In this document: positions 44,886 through 56,800 of the stretch, in pieces
Numbering within the stretch: position 1 is the first letter of the stretch
How the letters are laid out: every line of letters starts with the position of its first letter
Translations under genes and position numbers: made by a program
The notes under the pieces: model-generated
The model's input: the letters and a program-made list of their open reading frames with translations, nothing else
What the model was told of the DNA's origin: nothing
The model's database searches: none
Virus record (IMG/VR): IMGVR_UViG_3300033146_005170
Location: 10,015 to 74,014 of that record
Length of the DNA stretch: 64,000 nucleotides
Source of the DNA: a virus
Reading direction: 5' to 3' (one strand)

Positions 44886-47800
44886 TGCAATTAAATGTTA
44901 GTACTTTTATAAATCAGTTAAAGATATCTAATAGAGAAAACCCTGATTTATTTACTTCTATCTACTATAGAGGGAATAAATTAATTTTAAATTTAGAAAG
45001 TTCTATAGGTTCTATAGGTCTTTATACTTTTGAATTAGATAGACCAGTAAGAGATGTTAGACATCTTTTGAATAAAGAGGCTACTTATGTTAAACCTCTT
45101 AGTCAAATGCCTGAAGGTTCTAGTCTTGAATTATTAGAGTTAAAAAGAACTTTAGCAGTAGGTAAGCCTAAGAGTAGATATGGTAGTGATAATTTATCTT
45201 TTTTAGATTCTCTTAAATATAGTAGTCTTGATAAAGTAGTTAATGAATTCACTGCTTTGGCTGTAACTAATGAGATTAAACTAGGTAAGACTTCTTTAAA
45301 TACCTTTGATAATTCTGAAAATGCTAGAAGGTATCATAGAATAGAAGCTCTTTGGAATAAATATGCCAGAGCTAATAAGATAGCTTATGATAAACCTATG
45401 GCTAAGAATCTTTTAAAGACTGTTAATTCTTTAGTACATAAAAGTTTAGAGCAAAGTTCTATTAATCCTGTAGTAGCTACTAAAGTACCAAAGCAGATTC
45501 AAGCTAAATTTAAAAAGGAAAGTATTCAACAGTCTAAAAATAGTAAACAAGCTAGTATTTTATATCAAAAAAAGATAGATAATTATAAGCAAGCTAGACT
45601 TGAAGAATACAAAAAGCCTGAGATTCATACTTTAAAGTATAATTTTCTTGTAGATAAATATGGCCTACAGCAGAAAGCTTTAAAAGTAGGTAATGAGTAT
45701 GTTTTATTTTCTAAAAAAGGTATATCTGAAGGAGAAGTAGCTAGTCTAGCTGCAAACTTAAAACATGCTTTTGGTTCTTATCCTAAAGAGTATATAAATT
45801 TTAAAGTAATTACACCTGAAAAGGCTATTAAAGCTAAAGTTACACCTAGAGAGAGCTTTGTTTATAAACCTACTGAACTAGGCTATGAACAAGTTCAGGC
45901 TGGTATAGAGTCTGATATTTTAGAATATCCTAACTATGAGCCTATAGAAGTTGAGGTTAATGGCAAAAAATATACTAAGAAACCTGTAAGTCAAAGAACT
46001 TATGTTTATAGAGCTATGCAGAAATTAGTTCCTCAAGATAAGGAAATAGATCTATTAACTAAACAAGAACAACATAGTCTTCAACAAAAAGCTATTAAGT
46101 CTAAAGCCTATAAACAGTATTTGGAATTAGCTTCTGAAACTTTAAAAGCTTTCAGTAACCCTTTTGATAGCTATGCAACTACTAGTTGGAACTTAAATAG
46201 GTTAACTTATGAAGACTTAGCTCAGATAGCCAATAATTTAGATAGACCTAATAAGTATAAAGAGTTTCTTAACTATGATGCTTTTGTTGGAAAAACTCCT
46301 AAAGATCTTTTTAGCTTTGGTACTAGAAGAGCTATTATAAAAAATGCTATAGATCTTCAGTTTAAAAATAGTCCAGAGGAAGAGCTATTAAAGAAAAAGA
46401 AAGATCAAGCCATTAAAGTTGCTAGTAAATTTGGAATTTCTAAAGATATTATTGAAAATGAACTTGAAAATATTGATCCTAAACAAGGTATTAAACTTCT
46501 TAATAATATTGAGGATTTTTTTAATGAATCAGATTATTTAAGAAAAACTCAAGATATGTCTAAACTAGATAGGTATAAAGGAACTATTAAAAACTATGAT
46601 GACTTTAAATCTATTGCTAAAAGTTTTGGTAAATCTTTTACTAAAAATCCAAAAGAAATTAAAAGTTTAGGTCTATTAACTCGTTATGCAAGAAATCCTA
46701 TTCTTAATCTTGAAGGCCATATTAGAAAAGAGGTAGTTGATAGTACTATATATCATGCTATTAGACAAGCTCATAGTTTTAATAAGTTAGCAGATAATTC
46801 TCCTTTAAGTCCTAAGTATCTAGATGACTTCACTGCACTATTAGCTGATGAGGATAGGCTTAGACTGCTTAAGCTATTTAAAAAATTAGACTCTTATCCT
46901 ATTACTAAACAAGCTATAAAACAGACTTTTGGCAGTGATAGAGCTATTATAGAGGCTCTATCTAAAAGAGATGATCAAGGTAGAAGAGCTATTGATAAAG
47001 CTATAGCTTTTAAAGATGGCGAGCCAGTAACTTCTGAAAAGCTTACTTCATTCATTGACTATGGGAGTAACTTAGAACTAGAGGCTCATCAAAAGGATGA
47101 CATACAAAGAACTTTTGAAAGTTTGATTTTAGAAGAGCAGCATAATGAAAGACAAGCAAGAGAAAAAGGGGTTGCCTATAAAAGTAAAACAAGGGCAGAA
47201 CTTTTTAATCAAGCTACTAGTCAAGTTAAAACTTTAGGAGTATTTGATGATAGCCTAGAAACTATTTCTTATTTAGATAAAGTATTTAGAACTGGAAAAC
47301 CCTCTGTATCTGATATTTTAACAGCTACTGAGACTTTAAAACTGTGGAAACCAGAACTATTTGAAACTAAGTCTTTAGGTACTTCTAAAGAATTTTTAAA
47401 ACCAGGATTTTTGAAAAGGCAAGTTAATAATCTTTATAGTGAATTAATGAATTATAATTTTGATATATCTAATGATCCCAAGAATATTTTTATTCGTTTG
47501 AGTCCTGAACTAGTTAAAAGACTTAATTCTATGTCTGAAAGTACTTATTACAAGCTTTGGCAAAGTTCTAAAGGTACACAATTTGATCCAGGATTAATTA
47601 AATTTAGTACTAATAAGGCTGAGTATGGGCCATTAAAACAGCATAAGGAACAACTTACTAAGCTAGTTTTTCCTGAAGATAATCTAGAAAGAACTGCTTA
47701 TTATCGGACTAGAATTTTAAAATTACTAGATCCAGTAAAGATTAAAGGTGTGAATAAAAAGCTTTATAGTGAATTACAAGACTATTATGCCTCAACTAAT

Positions 47801-50800
47801 GTGCTTACTACTAAGGATCTCAGTTTATATAATTTTTTAGAAGATAACTTATATGCACCAGAAAAAGGTCTAGAGTATTTGAATTTAGGAAGTATAAATC
47901 CTAATGAACTAATTGAACAAGTACTATATCCACAAAAGACTAAACAAGGAGTTTTAGCTCCAGTTAAAGATCCAAGGCATATAGGTGAGGTTAGTAAGAC
48001 TCTTCTAAGTGATGTTCTTCCTAGTGATAAGGCTAAGCTTACTAGACTTAATAGAGGTAAAGCAGCTGCCGCTTTAAGCGATAAAAGAAACTTTTCTAGA
48101 TTTCAAGCTCTTGGTAAAGGTTTTTTTGAGACTCAAAATATAGATGATCTTTTAGATGGTTTAAAAGGTCCTAAAGGTCTTACGGAAGCATTTTCTAGAG
48201 CAGCAACTGCCAAGATAGACTTAGTAGCTAATAAAGGCTTTAAGGCCTTTAAAGATACTACTTTTGGTTTAGAAGATTTTAAGGCTCTTAAAAATTTAAC
48301 AGTTCCAGAAATAGAACAACGCATTAATGATATTTTTATTGGAGGTAAAAAGTATATTAGGGAGCAATATAATCTAGGAAGATATACAAATGCTAAAGCT
48401 GGTTATGAAGCTTTAGAAAGTTTAGTTAAAAGACTTCATAGTGCAAGTTCTCTTACTGGCTTTGATATTAAAACTAATCAAGAATTTTTATTTGATCTTT
48501 TTGACTATGATAAAGATCTTTTAACTAAATTAAAGACTAAAAGTTTAACAAAGTATTTAGATATTTATAGAAGTAGCCAACCTGTACCACAACTTAGAAG
48601 TGGAGATATTTTAGCTGATTATCAGGCTAGCACTTTAAGGGCCATTGAAAAAAGTGTTTTGGCTGAAGTTCTTCCTGGTGGAGGTTCAGCCTTTGATATT
48701 AAACACGCTGTTAAAGATGCCTCTTTTGATTCTACTTCTTTTGAATCTAGACGTTTAGTTGCTTTGAGAGAAACTTATAATAAATCTCTACCTTATGCTG
48801 ATGAGCTAAAATTAGGTTATAATCCAGAAGGTCTTAAGCCCTCTAGACCTTTTCCTTTTAGACGTCAATGGAAATTAGGAAGTATAGGTGAGTTTTGGAA
48901 TACTGAAAGTACTATGCTTATGCAGGAGTCATTTGCTTCTCCAGAAAAAATAAGAGATTATTTAACTCAGAAAAGGTTAAGCCTACAGACTGAAGTAGAT
49001 TTATACTTGAGTTTAAGTCCAGAAAAAAGAAAGCTTTATTTTAAAAAGCCTCCTTGGGACAGGGTTTTAGATTTTAATGTTCTTTTAGAAAGGGAATTAG
49101 ATTATCCTGGGGGTCAGTTAAGTTATAATAAAAAGTATAGACCTTGGCTAGTACCTGAAGAGCCAAAAAGAAAACCTATAGTTCCACAAAAAGAAGAGGT
49201 ATTAGTAGGTACTAAAATTCATAAGCCTAAAACTACTACAAAAAATTCTGATGACGCTTGGTCTTCATTTTTTAAAAAGCACGGTACTAAATTTAGTACT
49301 GGAGGCAAAGTACCTGGTAAAGGGCATATTGATGAAGTACCAGCATTGTTAACTAAGGGAGAAGTAGTTTTAGATGTAGCTACTTCAGAAAAACTAGGTA
49401 TTAAAACTCAAGATGATTATAATAGATTTAAGAAAAAAGTAGCCTCTGGACCTGTAGTTAAATTTGCTAGAGGTGGAATTGTTGATGCAGATAAATTAGC
49501 TGCCTCTTTAGATAAGCGTTTTACAGGATTAGATTTTGGTTCTCCAGAAGATGTAAATAAATTTACTAAAGTTTTAACTAGTTTAAATAAAGGCTTAGCT
49601 AAGTTGGGTACAACTATAGATCAAAGAACAGCTTTTACTAATGCAGCTATAGAAAGTATTATGCAAAAAGGTAAGGGTGTACCAACTAGTTACACTGCCA
49701 GTGAATTAAGACTAGATATTGAAGCTAATCAATTAGAATTTCATTTAAAAAGTGGTAAGGCTCTAGATCAGTTTACTGATATTTCAGGTCAAAATATAAA
49801 CTATGATACTGCAAGAGGTTATATTTCTAGACTTGAGGCTAAAGGTCTTAATGTAAATAAAGCTAAATTATATAGTGCTTCAATAGAGGCTCAAAGAGCT
49901 GGATTTTCTGTTAGTGAATTTGAAAGTATGTTGAAAGGGGAGTTTACTGAGCCTATTCTAGCCAAGTTTCAAAATATGAGTGCTTTAGATAGTAGCTTAC
50001 TTAAAACAGAATTACCAAATAGTATTACTAAAGGTTTAAAAGAAGCTCTTAAGTTCGCTGCTCCAGAAACTCCAAGTCTAGATAGTTTTGATAAGTTATT
50101 TGTTAAATTAGAAAAAGATGCTCCTCTACTTAAAAGAATTACAGGCATAGACTTTAGAGGTATAGATGATGTTTTACAAAGAGCAGGAAAAACTTTAAAT
50201 ACAGAAAATAGACTTCAAGAGTTTCATACTAGAGCTAAAGCTTTTGACTTTGAAAAGGTATCTATACCTAAAGGTACAGTTAGTGAACTCTATGAAATGC
50301 AAGATGTTTTATCTGGTGTTAACAAAGCCTTTAAAGAAATTGAGCATATAGGAGATACTAAAGCTAGAATAGGTTTTCAAGAGTTTACTACTGGAATAAG
50401 AGAATCTAGATCTATTAAAGAGCATGCTAATGCAAGAGCTAGAGAAATGGCAGCTTTGACTAAACAAAATGCTCTATTTGCAGCTTCTTATATTGGTATT
50501 AATTCAGTTCAACAACTTTTTGGTAATACTTTACAATTTCTTGGGGACTTTGATGATGCTTTAAAAAATCTTCAAGCTATTACTGGTGATACTTCAGAAG
50601 GCCTTAATGTAATGTCAAAGGCCATTAAGCAAGTATCAACTGATACTAAATTTTCAGCTTTAGAAATTTCTGGAGCTGCCACTATTCTTGGTCAAGCAGG
50701 TTTTAGTGCTACCGGTATTCAAAAATCTTTACAAGGGAATGTAGAATTAGCAACAGCAACTGGCTCTAAATTGGAAGACTCTACACAAGTTTTAACTTCA

Positions 50801-53800
50801 GCTTTGACTATTTGGGATACTTCATTAACAGAGTCTAAAAAATTAGCTAATGAATTCACTGCAGCGATTAATGAATCAAAACTAGATATTAATTCCTTAG
50901 CTTTGACTTTACAATATGCTGGTAATATTGCAGCTTCAGCTGATGTATCTATTACTGATTTAGTAACTTCAACTTCATTACTTAAAGATGCAGGTATTAA
51001 AAGAGGTTCAACGCTAGGTACAGGCCAACGACTTTTAATTAGTGACTTTGCTAATCCTACTAAAAAGTTTGCAGAGTCTCTAAATGATGCAGGCATTTCT
51101 ATAGTGAAGTTTCAAGATGCTTTTAAATCTAAAGGTTTTCAAGGTGCTTTAAAGATGATGAAAGAGGCAGGCTATGGCTTGGCTTCTGCGTCTAAAGGTA
51201 TGGAAGTAAGAGAAAAATCTATATACTTAGCCTTAATTAATCAGTTAGATCAATTTGATACTTTTAGAGAAAGTATATCTGGTACAGAGGCAGCGACAGT
51301 TGCCAATGTAGTACAGATGAGTGCTATTGGTAATAAATTTAAAAATATGGTTAACTCTTGGCAGATTGCAGCAAATGACACTGTTGATAATGCTAGTGGT
51401 CTATTTAGAAGTGCCTTAGATGCTTTAACTATTAAGCAAGAAAAACCTAATCCTAGAGAGACTTTTATTAATCTTAATAGAGATATGTCTAAGGGAGAAA
51501 AGCCTTTTACAGAGAGTTCTTTAGTAGGTGCAGGTTTAGAACTAGGTCTAGCAGGTTTAGTGGCTGGTACAGCAGCTAAAGAGTATATAGGTACTACTTT
51601 AACTAACCTACCTAGAGTAGGTGGAGCTGTAGGTAAGTATGGTGCTTTGGGTTTAACAACTTTAGGAGCAGGCTTGGCTGGAGCTACTTTTGCTCCTGAA
51701 GGGAATTCTATGGAGGGAGCCATAGAAGCAATATTACCAGCTTTAGCTTATGAGGGTATGATTAATAAAATAGAAGCTAGAAATGAAGCTATTAATCAAG
51801 GTGCTAGGGGTACTAAAATTTCTGGTATTAGGAAAACTGGTTTAGGCGTGGCAGCTGGACTATTAGTAAATGCTTTTTCTGGTGGTACAGAATCTGATAG
51901 TGCGTGGACTAGAGCTCTTGCTTCTGGAACTGAATTTGGAGTAACTGGAGCTTTAGTTTCTAAAAATCCTCTAGCAACTGTTGGGTCAGCAATAGTTGGA
52001 GCAGTCTATGGTGCTCTTAATGAACCTAATAGACCTGAGAATGGTTTGTTTCAAGTTCTAGGTAATACTTCTAATGCTCTTAAGTCTTTAAATACAGAAA
52101 TAGAAGCAGTGTCTAAGTTTTCAAGACAAGTAGTTAGTCAGCAAAATTCAGCCTATAAGATTTTTAGTGAAGATGATCTAGGCACTATTGAATTAAAAAA
52201 GAGAGGGGTTATTTCTCAAGCTACTGAATTAGTAGATAATATTCAAGGTCTTGAAGGAACTGTAGCGTCTTTATCTGGTGAAGATGTAGTTAGAAGTATA
52301 GTTGATTCTCTTAAAAATATAACCCCAGAAAAAATAAAAGCTGTCAATGAGGGTAAGGAAGTTTATAGAGTTAATAGACTAGTAGTTAATGAAGCAGGTA
52401 CTCTAGAACTAAAACAACTAGAGTATGGAGGTAGTTTTCAAGGACTAGTATCTAAACTAATGGAAGAAGCCGTTAGTGTTACAACAAATCAAGTAGATAA
52501 ACTTACTCAAAAGAAATTATTTCCAGTAATTGATAGTTTAAATACTGATAAATTAGAATCTTTAGCCGACAATGCTAAAACTCAAGATGAACGTTTAACC
52601 CTATTTACTCAAGCTATTAAGCCTATTATAGATATTAGAAAGTCTAATCCAGCCTTTACAGAGAGAAATCAAGATGAATTAATTAATCTTATGGAACAGG
52701 CAAGAAATGCAACTGCCACTTCAATTTTTGAAGGTAGAAATGCTGAGGCTTGGAAAACCGTTTGGAAAATGGATAAGCAAATTGACTCTTTTAAAAGAAG
52801 TCTTAATACAGCAGCTACAAGTATTAAAACTCTTCCAGAAAGTATAAACTATGCAAAAGCTGTAATAGATAGATTGAAAGCTGAAGGTCTCTCAGATAAG
52901 GAAATAAGGAGTAGTACAAAATATAAACTTGCTAGAGAGAAATATGTTGATCTAGAAAGATCAAGAGGAGATATAGGCTATTTAGTAGAACAAGCTAGAG
53001 ATGGTAGAATTAGGCTAGATGACTTTCAGAAAAAGTCTAATAAGATTTATAAATCTATTTTAACCACTGCTAGTACTAATATTGAAGATATGATTTTAAA
53101 TCAAGGAGTTACTCTTACTAATTTATCTGTACAAGTAGCTAAAAATCTCACTGCCTTAGATACAAAAGCTTTGGCCTCTATGAGAAGTTCTATGGGCACT
53201 TGGGGTAAGGATATTGTACCTTTAAGCAATAAAGAAATTATGTCTTTAGGTAAGGATTTAATAACAGCTGATGTAGGTAATAAAGCTTTAGAAATGTCTA
53301 AAGTTCCTCTTGATAAAAGACAAGATATTAAGCTTAGAGATATTAGACAGATAAGTGCTTTAAATGTTAATTTAGCTTCTAAAGAAGTAGTTCTTGCTGA
53401 TAAGACTAGAGCTATAGTTAGCAATAAAGTTGAGAATCTTTTAACTGGTTTTATTAAAAATGTTGTTAGCCAGTCTTCATCTGAAGGTCTAGGGTATTCT
53501 GAATATAGACTCTTTAATCAATTTGATAAGTTTGCCAAAAAACTAGGTTATAAAAGTTTACAAACTGCAGATAAATCAAGGCTGGGCTATTATGAGTTAA
53601 AAAATTTAAGTTATCCTGAACTTACTAGTGTTTTTAATGAAACAACTTTAGATAAACTTAATAAGCTTGGAGAGAGAACCCTTGAAGCTCTTAAGTTAAG
53701 TAAAAAAAGAGCTGAAAGAGATGTACAAACTAAAAAAGCTCAAGCTGTAGAAGATACAGAGACTAATTATCTACGTGGAGCTCAAAAAATAGCTAGAGAT

Positions 53801-56800
53801 TATATTAGAGGAGATAAGAAAATAGCTTTAGCTAGAGCTAGAGGTTTAGAAGATATTAATAAACAAGCTGAACGTGGTATGATAGATCTTCGTAAAGGTC
53901 ATAAAAGAGGTATGGAAGACCTAGCCATTGCTGAACGAAGAGGCTGGCAAGATATAGCTATAGCTACTGAGAGGGGTCTTCAAGATATAGCCATAGCTAG
54001 AGTTCGTGGTTATCAAGATATAGCTAAATTTGAGCGAAGAGGTTGGCAAGATATAGCTATAGCCAGATCTAGAGGCTATCAAGATATTTCTATTTCAAGA
54101 GAAAGAGGCTATCAAGATATTTCTATAGCTAGAACTAGAGGCTATCAAGACATAGCTCAAAAAAGAAAATATGGCGTTGAAGATATTCAACTTTCTAATG
54201 CAAGAGCTTTAGAAGATATTGCTAGAGGCTTTGAAAGAAATTTCGCTGCCCTTAATTTAAGAGCAGATAGAAGTAGAGAAGACTTAGATCTTAAAATTTC
54301 TAGAGCTAATGAAGATCTACTAAAGAAGACTGGTAGAGCTTTAGAGGATTTAACTACGTCATATGAAGATAAGCTAGAAGATATTCACAAGGCTTATAGA
54401 CGACAAGTAGATTCTCTAACTAGACGTTATACTTATAATATTGAAGCTATTAAACGTGGCTATGAAGATAATTTAAAAGCTATTGGTAGAGCAAGACAAG
54501 ATACTATAGATTTCTTTTATAGAAGTTTAGAAAGACCTCAGGTTATAGATCTAGGTCCAGATGCTCTTCTTAAAATTGCTAATAATCTTAATGATGTGAG
54601 TCTAGCCACTAATGCTCAAAAAGCAGCTTTAGAGGCTAATACTTCAGCAGTTAAACAACACACTGCCTTGTTAAAGACTCAGCAAAGTATAGTAAAAGAA
54701 GCCTATAAAGAAGCTTATAAAAAAGTAGGTGGAAAAGTTTATAATGACAATGGCACTGTCAATCAAGATTTTGTAGACCAATATAAACTCTATATGGATA
54801 AGAATTCAGGTAAACTTATTGACTCTACTATAAGTCTTGCTATTGATAGAGCTATGGCTGGAGGTGGTTTTAATATTACTCAAGCTTTAACTAATCCAGA
54901 GTATATTGTAAGACAGGTATCTAACCCTAGTGCAGCAATGACCACTGGAGGAGCATTAACTAGCACTGGTTTAAGTAATGATGAAGCAGCAAGTGCTTTA
55001 GCAGGTTTACAAGCTGGAGAAGTTAGAATATCTACTACAGCTGGAGTTTTACTAGAGGCTAAAGGTGGAATGGAAGGTGCTCTATTCGATTTAGAAACTT
55101 CTATGCTTCAGTTTGATATTAAAATTAGAGAGGCAGGAATTAATCTAGGTATAGCGCTTAGAGAAGCAGCTATTCAATATAATCAACAACTGCTTGAAGC
55201 AGCTATAAGTCTTTCTCAAGCTTTAGAAGATCTAGAAACTTCTAATAGTAGAAGTCTTAGAGACATTAATTTAAACTTAGCTCGAGGCTTAGATGATATT
55301 CAATTAGCCTATGCTCGAGGTCTAGAAGATTTGAATAAAGCTTTTGCTAGAGGCTTGGAAGACTTACAATTGTCTCATAGATATGCTATGGATGATTTAG
55401 AGATTAGAACTTCAAGAATGTATGAAGACCTAGAGAGAAGCTTAACTCGAGCTAGTGAATCTTTAGAATTAAGCTTAACTCGAGCTGGTGAAAATTTAGA
55501 ACTTAAGTTATCAAGAGCTACTGAAGACTTAGAATTAAAATTAATTAGAGCTGGTGAAGACTTGAGTCTAAAAGTACTAAGAGCTGGTGAAGACTTAGAA
55601 ATTAGACTGTTTAGATCTGGAGAAGACTTATATTTAAAAACTCAAAGAGCTGGTGAAGATCTATCTCTAAGAATTCAAAGAGCTGGTGAGGACTTAGAGC
55701 TTAGTTTGTCTAGAGGCTATGAAGATTTAGGTGATAAGTTAGCAAGAGCTACTGAAGATCTTAATACTAGATTTAATAGAGCTGGAGAAGATTTAGTTAC
55801 TAGAGTTACAGAAGCTCTAGCTGATTTAGAAATTTCTAGAGCTCAACGACTTGAAGATCTTGAAACTGGCATTGGCAGAGCTATTGAGCATTTAGGTCAA
55901 GGTGTAGTGGATGCTGGAGAGAATTTAAAGACTAAACTAAGAGAAGCTGCTGAAGACTTAAGAGGATCTATGTCTGAGGCTATGAGTAATGCTATGGTTG
56001 AGGCTACTACAGCAGCAGTTAACACTGTGATGGCCGGAGACATTAAAATAGAGAGTCTCGAACAAAAAATTAATAAGGCTTTACAAACTTTAAATCTAAA
56101 TGCTGAATTAATTATTAATCAAGTAGCTGGAGCTTGGGCTACAGCCTTAAGTAGTGAGCAGCTTAAAAATGCTATGAGAACTACTTCTATACAAACTTTA
56201 AGAGGTCTATTTACAAATTTAAAGATGCCTTTAGATGTTTTGACTAAAAATCTTGATAGTCAAATTGCTAGCGGTTTTGATATAAAGTTTTTTCCATCTT
56301 TAAATGTTCTAGCTGGTACTATAGATAATAATACGACAAAAGTTTCTAGAAGCTTGAGTTCTTTTGGTGCTAAAATAGACGGTGCAGCGAAAGCAGCTGA
56401 TCAAAACATATCTAGTGCTAGAGCTAGTTTAGCAACAGTTAGCCTAAACTTAGAAGCCATAGGTTTAGACTTAAATACTTCAAGTTCTTTAATAGAAGAT
56501 GCAGGATCTAGTACCAGAAATGCGGCTAGTACCTTTTTAGACGATGTTATTACAACAGCTCAAGAGACAAAGAAAGCTGCTGAAGTTTTAAGTCAAATTA
56601 AAATAACTGATATAACTAAGAATATTGTAAATAACACTACTAATTTAGTTAGTAGTGTTACAGGTATGAATAGTATAGCTACAGCTATGGATAAAGTAGC
56701 CATAAGTATTACTCATACTACTAACGCCGCTGTGGCTCAAATTTCACAAGCTGCTGATTTGGTTGCTAATCAAGCTGCTCAGGCAAATAGAATTATTAAT

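Noticed and set aside
44885-49300. Virion RNA polymerase fused to the TMP
   Set aside because: No DxDGD or T7-type catalytic motifs found
48133-53424. Antisense ORFs within the TMP, and similar ones inside other long genes
   Set aside because: Typical antisense shadows with no SD or motifs
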